Source: Octopus bimaculoides
Taxonomy: Eukaryota
Direction of reading: 5' to 3'
NCBI RefSeq assembly: GCF_001194135.2
Contig: NC_068981.1
Span: forward strand, 72,327,378 to 72,391,377
Length of the DNA: 64,000 nt
Shown here: in pieces, positions 25,911-39,010 of the stretch
Position numbering within the stretch: the stretch's first letter is position 1
Layout: each line of letters opens with the position of its first letter
Made by a program: the position numbers and the translations under genes
The notes under the pieces: generated by a model
What the model was told of the DNA's origin: nothing
The model's database searches: none
What the model saw: only the letters and a program-made list of their open reading frames with translations

Positions 25911-26499
25911 TAAATTAACTGAATGTTATTTATCTCTGTAATAAAAATTAGTTAGATATCAGTTACAATTTATAAAATTACTAGATTGACTTCATTCTAA
26001 GAAGCTACATCTCGCTGCAGGTTGCTAAACTTTACTGTGGAAGGCTGGTTTCCTTGTAAGTAACTGGACTGTGCTGCATATTGCTAGAGCTTGCTGCACT
26101 GTAATTATCAGCACAGAAGCCAGATTTAGCATATTCCACAATAAATATATTTAGTTCAACACTCTTAAGTCATACATGGGAAAATACCAATATTCTTAAA
26201 AAGTTACTAGTTGTACCAGTGAGAAAAAAAATGTTAAAAATTAAAGTAAATACATGTTGTAGCCCTGTTTTTAGTATGACTCATTCAATACAGCTGAAGA
26301 CTAATTCAGTAAGCCTGTATAAGTTTATTGAGCTGTGTAAAATTAGAAACTCATGCTCCATGCTTTTCATATTTTTTCTGATTCCGTTTAAACATTCAAT
26401 AAGATGTTCAAGTACTTGGCCATGATGCAGCCATCATATATTTTTGTACATTAGCAAACCGTTGTAAATGATTTAACTTTTTAAAAGTAAATAATAATG

Positions 26500-27950
26500 T
26501 CATTTATGTGAAGCCCTGGCAACAGGCAAATTGATTTTGTCATGACTTTATTACATCATTGAAATTCTTACAGCTTGCTTTTATATACAGTGCTTTCTTG
26601 TGTATAAGCTTCTGTAAATTGCACTGAAGATCTTCCTTAACTATTGGCAACTAATGAGCCAAATTGTAGCCTGACAAAAAACAGCACTATGTAATTAACA
26701 GGACATGTGGCACAGCCATCATCATAACCAAGAAATAATACAAGAAATAATATATGAACACTGCCAATATTTTGTATATTTCAGAAGATACTTTTAAAGG
26801 GAGTTCAATAAGTAGCATAAGCAAAGCTATCTTGAAGATATTGAAAACTATTGTGATGAGATGTAAACTGCAACAGTCAGTTTTAGGTATTATGTCATCA
26901 GAATAAAACTAGATGTTCAGTTGAAGAAGAGACAATATAGTATATTTACTCACTGAATATTACTGGTATTCTTTTTTGTTAATCCTGAATGAAAGAAAGG
27001 CAAAGTTTATCTTAAGTAATATGGTATAATTATAAACAGAACAAATTTTAGCCATTTCTCCGTAGACTGAAAAAATGATGAACAATCTTAATCGATTTTT
27101 GAACCTTAGTAAGATTTGAACACAGAGCTGAATCAATAAAAGTTAATGAGTTAATACTACCTCGGATGTTTTACAAGTGTTTGTTGATTTATACATTGCT
27201 GGTATATCTCTAGCATTTTGCTCTATTATACCCAGGCACCACCACAGAAAGCAACATTTTGGCATACTCTTCCAGAACATCGTTGCTTATAACCAAAACT
27301 AATTTTGACAATTCTATTTGTCTTTTAGAAAATATACCAACATAGTCATCTATGTTTCCCCTGACAGGTTTTGAGGTAAATTCTGTAACTTAATCTTCAT
27401 GAAAATATTGATCTATAATATCTAATTGAGCTGCTTGTGTAATATCAGTGGTTGTAAGACAAATAGCATAAAGTAATAGGTATCGGAGTGTTCTTGAATT
27501 TGATTTTCTGTATTGGTTTCAAATTATGGCACAAAGCCAGCAATTTCGGGGGGGGGGGGTAAGTCAATAACATTGACCCCCAGCACTCAACTGGTACTTA
27601 TTTATTAACCCCAAAAGGATGGAAGTCAAAGTTGGTCTGGAAAGAAATTGAACTTAGAATGTAAAGATAGACAAAATGCCACTAAGCATTTTCCCCAGCA
27701 TGCTAACAATTCTACCAGCTTGCTGCCTCATTTAATTTTCTCTATTAGCATTCATTACTCTGTGCTTAACAGTATTTTTGCTTATTGCTAACTCATTAAT
27801 ATGATTTCTAATAGCATCTTCAATGGTATACATTTAATAAAAGCTTCTTTAATAAATTTCTCTTCATGATATTCTATGATTGTTAACAATAATATCTGAA
27901 ATGCTAAAGCTCGAAACTACTAAATGTAAGTAAAGTCCTGACAAGAATGA
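26500..27950 (-). mobile_element. Decayed hAT (SPIN/Charlie, GTF2IRD2-like) transposase, split by an S1 SINE at about 27515-27730
   Basis: YAICLTTTDITQAAQL...IELSKLVLVISN resembles the recalled YSIAIDESTDINNTTQL...IDWSKLVSVAST; EEKFIKEAFIKC lies upstream. Confidence 0.6.
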
Positions 27951-27983
27951 AAGTGAATTCTTTGACGGTGAGTTTTGGGACAT

Positions 27984-28018
<35 letters not shown>

Positions 28019-28343
28019 CACATAAATACATACACACATACATACATACACATAGGAAGATATTTACATATACACTCATACACACACATACAAAAATACA
28101 TACATATATACATATATACATACACACATACATACATGCAAATATACATATGTACATTCCTTGTAGCCCTCTAGTCAACAGTTTAAAATAAAAAAAAATT
28201 TATATCTTAGAGGAGTGACAGATGCTTAGTATCAAGTGGCAGTTTTACATTCAAAATGTTATCACTCACAACTAGCTCAACTTGCTGCCTGTAATATACA
28301 AAGAATGTCATCATCCTTATCAACAACAGGATATTGTTCAAAT

Positions 28344-29510
28344 GTCATCATCATCATCATCATCATCATCATTGTTTAGTGTTTGTTTTCCATGGGTTGG
28401 ATGGTTTGACTGGAACTGGCAAGTCAGAGAGCTGCACAAGGCGCCAGCCTGTTTTGGCTGGATGCCTTTTCTAACACCAACCACTCCATAGAGTGTAGTG
28501 GGTATCTTTTACGTGTCACCAGTACAGGTGCCTTTTTACATGCCACCAACATGGGTGCCTTTTACATGTCACCAACATGGGCCATGACTATGATTTCACT
28601 TGGCTTGATGTGTCTTCTCAAGCACAGCAAATCACCAAAGGTCTCAGCCACTTGTCTTTGCCTCCATGAGACTCAACATCTGAAGATCAAGACTTGAAAA
28701 TATTGTCTGCTTACATTTTATGATAATTTTATTTATCTTTTTAATTAATTATTTATGCGCTTTTGTTTGGGTTCAGAAAATAAGAATAAAAGAATTGAGA
28801 AAAAAAAACAAGAAAAAATAAAACTAAAAATCACGCACCAAGTCATGCAAGAGTTCATTAATTTGTCAGTAACTTTTAATTAATGGGTTGTCATATGAGG
28901 TGCTGGATAATTTAGATATTACTGAAACATGATCTTTGAGATGAATATGTTTAACTTGAAATTCTTTATCAAATTTTTGTGAGATTCTTATGACAAGAAA
29001 TTGCAGGGAAGCTTCNNNNNNNNNNNNNNNNNNNNNNNNNNNNNNNNNNNNNNNNNNNNNNNNNNNNNNNNNNNNNNNNNNNNNNNNNNNNNNNNNNNNN
29101 NNNNNNNNNNNNNNNNNNNNNNNNNNNNNNNNNNNNNNNNNNNNNNNTTTTTTAATGAAGTCCATGGCATATCATCTAAAAACCCATGACATAACATTGT
29201 TGATATGCATGTCATAATCTCTCCATCATTGAGTAGGATGTTCACATGGCTTGTTTGCTTACATAATAATGTGACTACTACATGTGTCATCATCATCATC
29301 ATTTAATGTCCATTGTCCATGCTGGCATGGGTTGGACAGTTTGACCAGGGCTGGCAAGCTGGAAGGCTGTACCAGACTCCAGTCTCATTTGGCATGATTT
29401 CTATAGCTGGATGCCCTTCCTAATGCCAACCACTCATGAGTGTAATGGGTGCTTTTACATGCCACCGGCATGGGTGCCATTTGCATGATACCAGTATCTG
29501 TCACAAATTT
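28344..29510 (-). mobile_element. Two older RTE 3' UTR-type repeats (28344-28690, 29287-29510)
   Basis: (CAT)n-led copies with CpG decay relative to the 14352 copy. Confidence 0.7.
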
Positions 29511-29934
29511 TGTGACCAACAGATGACAGTAGAAATGTTTGAGCAATAGTAAAAAATACTTTGCAGTCAGTATTTAGTCCCGGATCTTTACGTTCTGAGT
29601 TCAAATCATACCATGGTTAACTTTTCTTTTTATTCTTTTGAAATAAAATAAAATGCCATTTGAGTAATGATTTAATTGATTTATACTAGTATCATTCATG
29701 TTCAGAATCTTGAATGAATCTTCTTATTGCAGCTTAACCTTTTTGTTACCAACCCACCTGAGACCACCTCTGATTCGAGTATGCAAACAGCCTGTTTTAA
29801 AGTGATCTAACTTCAAATTTCCCATCAAAATCTCATGTTGATTTAAGTTCCAAGCCTTGGCTTAATAATGACAAAATTATTGTGTTAAATTCTTAACTAT
29901 TTTAAAAATCAATTGAAGCAAAAGTATTTTTCAA

Positions 29935-30225
29935 CAGAAGCTCAGTGGTTAGAGTGTCAGGCTCATGATCACAAGGTAGTGAGTTCAATTCCTGGACTAT
30001 GCTATGCGTTGTGTTCTTGAGCAAGACACTTTATTTCCCGTTGCTCTGGTTCACTCTGCTGGATTGGTCTTTACCTGTCCCTTGGATAACATCAGCGACA
30101 TGGAGAGGGGAGGCTGGTCCTCCATAAAACAACCTTGCCTAGACTTGTGCTTTGGAGGGTTACTTTCTAGGTGCAATCTCATAGTCAATCATGACCGAAG
30201 GGGGGGGAGTGTCTTTACCTTTTAT
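29935..30225 (+). mobile_element. tRNA-derived SINE, family S3 (GTTGTGTTCTTGAGCAAGACACTTTATTTC core)
   Basis: A box (ctcagtggttagag) and B box (gagttcaattcc). Related copies at 42630-42870 (+), 53800-54150 (-) and partial 31790-31930. Confidence 0.7.
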
Positions 30226-30750
30226 GGTGATGAAAGAGTTAAAGAATTGTTGAGAGTGTAAAACTACACGAGCCACTATATTTCTGTGAGGAACAGTGAT
30301 CCCAAATACTATTAACTTTAAAAGACATGACAAAGGAGCAATGCTACACAAATTATGTACTTTACAAGATATGAAGCACAGCCTTACTACCCAGGAAAAA
30401 AATCAAAATGTTGCTGAGTGATGGATGATGCATGTATTTTCACACATACAAAATATAAATAATCCAGAACTGGAATAAATTTATTTGCTGTGAAGAAACA
30501 GAAATACAAGTTTTTTAAAATTTTTATTTCTTCCTTATAAGCAAATCAATTTATTTAACTTTTGAATTGTTTATATTCAATAACTACCAACATAAACCAT
30601 TGCTAGTTTATTCAGATCCTACTATTTACTTTACATGCAGAGTAAGTGGATGTGAGAGAAAAACTTACACATGACAAAATCATTAAATCAATTCAATGTT
30701 GTTGTTGTTATTGTACTTGCAGCTGCTGTGGTTCCTGTGTAGCCCTAGGT

Positions 30751-31083
30751 CAGTGCTTCTCAAATGGGGTTCATTTGGCTCTTGAGGGTCCATATAAGAT
30801 TTTTCTTTGGGTGGGGTCCACATAACAAAATAGCAAATTGAGGATCCACAAAAATTATTTTAAGGGCTCCTGAACAAATTTTGTTTAGATGTATTTATTG
30901 GTGCGTATTGCAAGAAACAGCGAGGTTTCTTTCTCTAACATTTTACATAGTTCAAAACAAAATAGAGATTTTGAAAGGAGTTTCTATAAAACTAATTTTC
31001 AAACATTGAATGGCTATGGGGGTCCACCAGAATAAAACAATAATCAGAGAGGTCCATAGATGAGAAATAGTTGAGAACCCCTG
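30751..31083. mobile_element. hAT-Charlie (MER5-like) MITE, 333 bp
   Basis: TIRs CAGTGCTTCTCAA / TTGAGAACCCCTG and 8-bp TSD ccctaggt / ctctaggt (7 of 8 match). Confidence 0.8.
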
Positions 31084-32153
31084 CTCTAGGTCAACCCTAA
31101 TTGAGAAGACTGGTGTCTCACCTTTCCTAGTGATGTTCATCTTGTCTTTCTTTTTATCAATGTATATCAAAGACTACATTAGGCAGTATGTGTTTTTCCT
31201 TTTTTTAAATGGAAAAGTTTGGTTTGAGGGAGATTTGGAAGCTATTTCTAGGAGGCCAAGCAACCATATAGTGATGCTTTTATTGGCTCTTCATCACACT
31301 AGTTCAGTTATTTATTCATGGTCATGAGTTCTATATAATTATCAAGAAAGAAAAAGGACAAAAAATACAAATATAATTATAATTCTTCTTTTTATTAATT
31401 GAAAATTATAATGTCCTTGTTTTTCTTCTTGTCTTAAATGAAATGAATGTAAGATCAAAACTGAGTAGCAGTTTCAATTTGCACATAAAGTAAATCAAAA
31501 GAAAAGAGAAAAGAAAATGAGAAAAACAAATTAGGTATACGCTTTTTAATGGAAACATCTTTTATTAATTAGTTTATTAATGAAGGTGGTAAGTTGGAAG
31601 AATCATTAGCATATCAAACAAAATGCTTAGTAGCATTTCTTTTGGCTTTACATACCAAGTTTAAATTTCATCAAGATTGACTTTGCCTTTCAACCTTTCA
31701 GTATCAATGAAAAAAGGTACTAGTTGTACACTGGGGTTGATGTAATTGACTACCCCCATTCAGCAAAAGTTCAGGCCTTGTGCCTATCCTTTACTTGTTT
31801 ATTTCACGTTGCTCCAATTCACTCAGCTGCATTGATCTTTGCCGTTCCTTTGAATGACATCAGTGGCAATGAGAGGGGAGACTGGTATGCATGAGCGACC
31901 GCTGGTCATCCATAAAACAACCGTGTTTTACTTGTTTTAGTCATTTAACTGCGGTCATGCTGAGGCATCACCTTGGAGGGTTTTAGTCGAACAAATCAAC
32001 CCCAGGATTTATTGTGTTTTTTAAAGCCTAGTACTCATTCTATCTGTCTCTTTTGCTGAACTGCTAAGTTACAGGTATGTAAACTCATCAACACCAGTTG
32101 TCAAGTGGTGGTGGTAGGGGACAAATACAGACACACAAACATATACACACACA

Positions 32154-32211
<58 letters not shown>

Positions 32212-33949
32212 NNNNNNNNNNNNNNNNNNNNNNNNNNNNNNNNNNNNNNNNNNNNNNNNNNNNNNNNNNNNNNNNNNNNNNNNNNNNNNNNNNNNNNNNN
32301 NNNNNNNNNNNNNNNNNNNNNNNNNNNNNNNNNNNNNNNNNNNNNNNNNNNNNNNNNNNNNNNNNNNNNNNNNNNNNNNNNNNNNNNNNNNNNNNNNNNN
32401 NNNNNNNNNNNNNNNNNNNNNNNNNNNNNNNNNNNNNNNNNNNNNNNNNNNNNNNNNNNNNNNNNNNNNNNNNNNNNNNNNNNNNNNNNNNNNNNNNNNA
32501 TATATGTATATATATGTACATGACAGGCTTCTTTCAGTTTCCATTTACCAAATCCACTCACAAGGCTTTTGTCAGATTGAGGCTATAGTAGAAGACACTT
32601 GTCCAAGGTGCCACGCAGTGGGAGTCAACCTGGAACCATGTGGTTGTAAGGCAAGCTTCTTACTACACAGCCACACCTGCGCCTGCAGTAAAGATTAATT
32701 AATTTCTTGAAGACAGCAACACCTAATTATTTACACAAGTCAACTCCTTGTCATCACCACTCACCAATATTACACTCTCTCCACCCTCATCAGTCAACCT
32801 CCCGTCACCATCACTACCACAGCGATCACCACTACTATTGCCATTGTAGTTGTCATCTTTCTTTGTTCAATAGCAGAGTGCCAAACTTACACATATAGTG
32901 ATGGCTTTTAAACTGTAGAGAAGAATAAAACAAGGAGCTACACCTGCAATGTGAAACCTAAACAAGTACAGGAAGCTGTGTATAATATATGAATGATGAA
33001 AGAATATACTACACATTCTCCATTATACAAAATTAACAAAACAAACTGAAAAAGTGCTCTCAGACAATTATTCATCCATCTGTCATTGCAATATGTATGT
33101 ATGTATGTATATATGAGTTTATATATATGTGTGTGTCTGTCTGTATGTATGTGCGTATGTATATATATATATGTGTGTGTGTATGTATGTGTATGTGTGT
33201 ATTATGTATGTACATATGAACATATGTATACATGTGCGTATGTATGTATGTACATAGATGTGTATGTGTACTTTCTCATACATACAAATATACATACATA
33301 AATACATTCATACATAAATACATTCATACATAAATACATACATAGACATACACACACACATATATGATGTATATGTGTATATACATACATACATACGTAC
33401 GTACATATGTATGTATGTATGTGAAATAAATTGTTGTACAGTTATAGATTTGTAAATTCAATCAAACTGAATTTTAACATTAATTTTTATCTTCAGGAAT
33501 TAATATTGTATCACATTATAGTATTTCTTTTTTTTTTTTTTTTTTTTNNNNNNNNNNTTTTTTTTTTTTTTTTTTTTTTTTAACCAAAAATTCAGTCTTC
33601 CAATTCTTTTTGTTGGCAGTATATAATTTGCGACTGGAATGTTAATGCATACCAAAATATATTTTTCATGCTGAAATTAACAATAATTTAATTTTGAAGA
33701 AGTTTAAATATATTTTTTTTCAATTTGCTAACATAGGAAGGTGTATATCTGTGTATGCACGCAAATTTCAAGTTGTTTAGTTTTGAGAAGAACAGAGTAG
33801 ATATGTACAAGAAGTAACAGACAGTGATAAAAGAGTGAGAAGGAAAAATAAGAAACATATTGTACAAAATTCCTCTTACGTATGTCATTGTAATATGAAA
33901 ACATATTTCTTATTTAAATGTGAGCTAAAATGCTTAGTGCATGCACAAC

Positions 33950-35345
33950 TTCAGGTTTCAAGTTGAAAATGCGTAAGATGATGTAGTCTGTTCTTGATAC
34001 AGATGTTTCAACTTATGTAATACATTCTACTTATGGTCATAAAATTGTTGCAGATTTCACATTCTCTAGACAAGGAAATATCCATTTGCCTTCAGTTATT
34101 CTGTTTAGAGCAGTATGATATTCTGAATATAGTCGTTTTAAACAGCTCTGCCATAATGATATATGAAATTTCCAGCTTGGCCAAAGTAACATTAGGCTCA
34201 TTGTTGCAATATGTTTGGTGAAGAAGGCGGCGAGCTGGCAGAAACATTAGCACACAAGGTGGTGAGTTGGCAGAAACGTTAGCACGCCGGGCGAAATGCT
34301 TAGTGGTATTTCTTCTGCCGTTACGTTCTGAGTTCAAATTCCGCCAAGGTATGTACGTACGTATGCATGTATGTATATACACATATACATCATATATATG
34401 TGTGTGTGTATGTCTATGTATGTATGTATGTATGAATGTATTTATGTATGTATATTTGTATGTATGAGAAAGTATACATACACATCTATGTACATACATA
34501 CATACGCACAAATGGCTTATCTTATAGAATAAAATGACAAGGGTTAAGAATTACTACATACTTGCAACAAAATAGCCAGTAAACAATGGTGTTGGCTGCT
34601 TCTGTGAAAATACCTCTTATGTTTTATCAAAACTGTCTTTACGTTCTGGGTTCAAATTCCGCCGAGGTCGACTTTGCCTTTCATCCTTTCGGGGTTGATT
34701 AAATAAGTACCAGTTATGCACTGGGGTCGATATAATCGACTTAATCCGTTTGTCTGTCCTTGTTTGTCCCCTCTGTGTGTAGCCCCTTGTGGGCAGTAAA
34801 GAAATAAGAAACATTAGCTCACCAGGAAAATTGATTAGTAGTATTTCGTCTGTCTTTATGTTCTGAGTTCAAATTCCGCTGAAGTTGACTTTGCCTTTCA
34901 TCCTTTCGGAGGCCCGATAAATTAAGTACCAGTTGCGTACTGGAGTCGATCTAATCGACTGGCCCCCCTCCCCCCAAATTTCGGGCCTTGTCCCTAGAGT
35001 AGAAAAGAATATGTTTGGTGAAGATTGTCAGTGTTTTGAAGTGTCACATACAGAACTTCATGGCCAATGTTATTGCCCTGATTCCATTTAACATTGGGGA
35101 AGCCAAACAATAGAAGTCCTTTCCTCTCAGAGAAAATAGCTGGTTGCCAATGACAATATGGGCCAAGGTGAAAATAGATTCATCTGGATTTTTAACTGAA
35201 ACCTAGTGCTTGAAATGTCTATCAAGAAAATGGACAAATGGCTTATCTTATAGAATAAAATGACAAGGGTTAAGAATTACTACATACTTGCAACAAAATA
35301 GCCAGTAAACAATGGTGTTGGCTGCTTCTGTGAAAATACCTCTTA
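33950..35345 (+). mobile_element. Possible Sola-like transposase relic, interrupted by nested SINEs at 34225-35007
   Basis: After removing the insertion, DNMGQGENRFI and WCWLLL loosely resemble DNCAGQNKN and DWCFGLLK. Weak. Confidence 0.3.
34225..35007 (+). mobile_element. Nested S1 SINEs with target-site duplications
   Basis: Outer TSD aatatgtttggtgaaga at 34208-34224 and 35008-35024; inner TSD agaaacattagc at 34240-34251 and 34807-34818. Confidence 0.85.
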
Positions 35346-35519
35346 TGTTTTATCAAAACTGTCTTTACGTTCTGGGTTCAAATTCCGCCGAGGTCGACTT
35401 TGCCTTTCATCCTTTCGGGGTCGATAAATTAAGTACTAGTTGCGTACTGGGGTCGATCTAATCGACTGGCCTTCTCCTCCTAAATTTCGAGCCTTGTGCC
35501 TAGAGTAGAAACGAATATG

Positions 35520-36020
35520 TTTTATCAAAGCGCCTTTGCACGAAGCATGCATTTCTGCATATGTTGCATAGTTGTCTATGATGAAGGATGTTGGGCCTTT
35601 AACATCTTGAAGAGGTATATGAGGATAAAAGCATTTTTGACTTGTATGAACAGTTTCTTTCACGAATTTGAAATCTCCAAATATGTGTCAGTATGCTTCA
35701 TACTGCTAATGATATTTTCCAACTGAAACTGGTTGATTTCAACGTTTGTGTTTTGTTTTTGAAGAGCATACATAACAACATCGTATCATGTTTTGACGAA
35801 CTTGCACATATGTTCAATTGATGGAATGACAAAAACTCAACAGTGACATGAGCATCAAAAGTGTTTGACAACAGTGTGCACTAGGATACAAGCCATTGGT
35901 TGTCAATCTCAACATCTTCACTAAACCTCGTTGTTATTTTGGTTGTAAATCTTTAATCTTTGAGTTTTCCTTTTTTGCTTAGATGTCCATCATCACCAGT
36001 TTTAGTTTCTTTTGACATTT
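35520..36020 (-). mobile_element. Helitron Rep/helicase relic
   Basis: ETKTGDDGH, VEIDNQWLVS*CTLLSNTFDAHVTVEF and CFYPHIPLQDVKGPTSF match the recalled Helitron motifs TQTGDDGYP, EIDNRWIVPYSPLLSKTFKAHINVEF and CFYLRLLLHEVRGPTSF. Confidence 0.75.
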
Positions 36021-36984
36021 AATGAGATAACTTTTAACGTATTTATTATTTTTCATACAAGAGATGATATCAAAAAAGGCTTTAGTCAAGAAGTGTCTAG
36101 ACGCTACGCCGATTTAATCGAGTCTTTTTTTATTAAATTGGGCTTCAATTTTTTTAACAATTTAACTGAATAAAAAGTGGGAAGTTTTCCAGAGAAAAAT
36201 TGCCAATATTGACACACTAAAAAAAATGAATATTTTCAATGAATGACAGCGAAAATTTAACAAAAGGAACTACATTTTCGTTAAGATTCTTCAAAGTTGA
36301 AAGAAATATAACTAACAACAGAATTGCTCGACTGTCAAAGAAAAGGGAAGATAATTGGAAAAAGTTATAGGTTATATGTGCTGATTTCTAAAAAGAATGA
36401 AATAGTAACATACATGATTAACACCAACTAGAAAATTTAAGAACTTCATAATAAGTAACAAAAAATGTGAATCTTATACATCCTTTTCCTTATAATTTCT
36501 TAATTTCAGATTCAAATTTCTAATGCAGCCAAATATTATGAAGAATGGATGACACCCCTCATGATAACTGCGTCCGCTAGGAGGAAAACATGTATTTGAA
36601 TGTTCATAGTTTACGACCGAATAATGATTATTTTAGAATTGAATTAAAACGTGCAGTTGTTTACAGAGCTAAATATATGCCATCGAAACATTCAGTACGA
36701 GAATGATTGATAACTATATGTGTTTTTGTGGGTGTCCGTTTTATAATTTTGAATTCACCGGGCACGGAAAAACAGTCTTTTTTTCGTGTTTTTTGCTGCG
36801 CTCGGTGAACTAAACATATGCAAATATTCACAAATATGTATTATCTACGTTTCTCACATTCACAAATGTGCATTAACTTTATCAGCATCTTTACATGCTA
36901 AAATTTGAATTTAAGTATTTAGATCTGCAATATTAAGTTTTGTGAGTGGGTGCAACCTTATGATCCTCACAATACGCAGTATAC

Positions 36985-37318
36985 ATCTATTGTTGTTGTT
37001 GGTACTCCGTCGAGGGTTCCAGTTGATCCGATCAACGGAACAGCCTGCTCGTGAAATTAACGTGCAAGTGGCTGAGCACTCCACAGACACGTGTACCTTT
37101 AACGTAGTTCTCGGGGATATTCAGCGTGACACAGTATGACAAGGCTGACCCTTTGAATAACAGGCACAACAGAAACAGGAAGTAAGAGTGAGAGAAAGTG
37201 GTGGTGGAAGAGTACAGCAGAGTTTGCCACCATCCCCTGCCGGAGCCTCGTGGAGCTTTTAGGTGTTTTCGCTCAATAAACACTCACAACGCCTGGTCTG
37301 GGAATCGAAACCGCGATC
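36985..37318 (-). mobile_element. tRNA-headed SINE, family S4; 5' end runs into an N gap
   Basis: The minus strand begins gatcgcggtttcgattcccagaccagg (B box) and ends in an (AAC)n tail. Confidence 0.65.
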
Positions 37319-37582
37319 NNNNNNNNNNNNNNNNNNNNNNNNNNNNNNNNNNNNNNNNNNNNNNNNNNNNNNNNNNNNNNNNNNNNNNNNNNNNNNNNNN
37401 NNNNNNNNNNNNNNNNNNNNNNNNNNNNNNNNNNNNNNNNNNNNNNNNNNNNNNNNNNNNNNNNNNNNNNNNNNNNNNNNNNNNNNNNNNNNNNNNNNNN
37501 NNNNNNNNNNNNNNNNNNNNNNNNNNNNNNNNNNNNNNNNNNNNNNNNNNNNNNNNNNNNNNNNNNNNNNNNNNNNNNNNNN

Positions 37583-37639
<57 letters not shown>

Positions 37640-38199
37640 TGTGTGTGTAAGTGAGTGTGTATGTGTGTGTATGAGAGCGAGAATGTGCGTGTCTATTACA
37701 ATCACTTTTGTTATATACTCAACATAAACTTTATAAGACTTATACTTTCAATCATCAATCTGTAATTATAAAATTCTATTTTTTTTAAAATTAAATTCCA
37801 AATTTTGACTGTCCAATAATAGTTTGTAATTTATTATTTATATTGCAATATACTGTATTTTGTTATATATTTTTTCAACATAGAACTCTTGGTTGTAATT
37901 GACAATCGGCCCATTTAAGAGGGATATTCACAAGACTTCTTTTATCTATTGTTCATAACGTCTTCCACTTACCCCACTCACACCTTCATTTTTCCCTTTT
38001 TAATTGCTTTCTTCTGCTTTTATTTTCTTTTATTTTTCTTTAAATACTTTTCCTTGATCTATCATCATTTTGGTTCTTTGAAGATTTCTCCACCTCCGCT
38101 CTTCATATGCTGATACACAAGTTTCATTTATTACCTTTTTCTTTCCAGTAGACAATTTGCCTGGTAGTATAGAACAGATTAATTAAAGTGTCCAGCTTT

Positions 38200-38800
38200 C
38201 ATACTAACTATATCTAGTAAGACTAAAATGTTCTCTGTTCTTGATGCTGTCTTACCCTATATTACATGTCAGCAGGTTTTTCTTCCTCACTATACGTATA
38301 TACAGGTTCCTGTCATTGTGGTCTTCACTACTATGTGTATGTGTGTGCAGTACCAGTCTGTTCCTAGATACAAGAGCAATACTCCCTTGTGGGCCTCACC
38401 TGAGCTTTGTAGAGTATTAAGAATTGCTATGACAGGGGGATGAAGTATATTCTGGCTCTGAAAACAAGAACCAGTCAGAAGAAGTCCTCGATGATAGCGA
38501 GGCACAAGAATTAGAACGATTTCGAAGGCTCACACTATGTAGAGCGATTTTGAGGGTTTACGCTGTTGCTTATGATTTAAGGGCATGTGGTGCGATGTTG
38601 TTTTCATGATTTGAGCAGCATTTGTTTTTACTTGCTGATGAAATAGATAATGCTGGCATATCTCGATTGGAGGATGCTTTCGCGATCTCTGAGCATGGGA
38701 TCGGTGTGTGTTTGATGAGTGGTATCTAGGTTGCAAGCGTCTAATGAATAGATGGGGAATGTTTGGAAGGAAATAAGGCAGTGTCATCTATGTGAGAGCT
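38200..38800 (-). mobile_element. Decayed Jockey/CR1-like LINE RT C-terminal fragment
   Basis: FRARIYFIP..FLILYKAQVRPTREYCSCI resembles FRARKYFT..LLILYKAQVRPxMEYCSHIW. Confidence 0.7.
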
Positions 38801-39010
38801 GGTATGGTTAGATGTGGCGGCAAGTAAGTCATTGATATATAAAAGGAAAGAAGTGAGGGACAAAATGGAACCCTAGGACAAGCAGGAGTTGATGGAATAA
38901 AGAAGAGAAAAAGCTCTATCGACGCGCACACACAGCACGAGGCACACTCACACACAAAAACACCGACACACACACATTCAACACGCGCACACACACGATC
39001 GTAAAATCAC

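Noticed and set aside
26069-26140. H/ACA snoRNA-like pattern (ctgtgctg/cagcacag stem, ACAGAA, ACA)
   Set aside because: The second hairpin is too short and the spacing does not fit the two-hairpin architecture.
26785-26886. Apparent + strand exon (DTFKGSSISSISKAILKIL...)
   Set aside because: It lies antisense within the hAT transposase relic and is out of phase with the preceding candidate exon.
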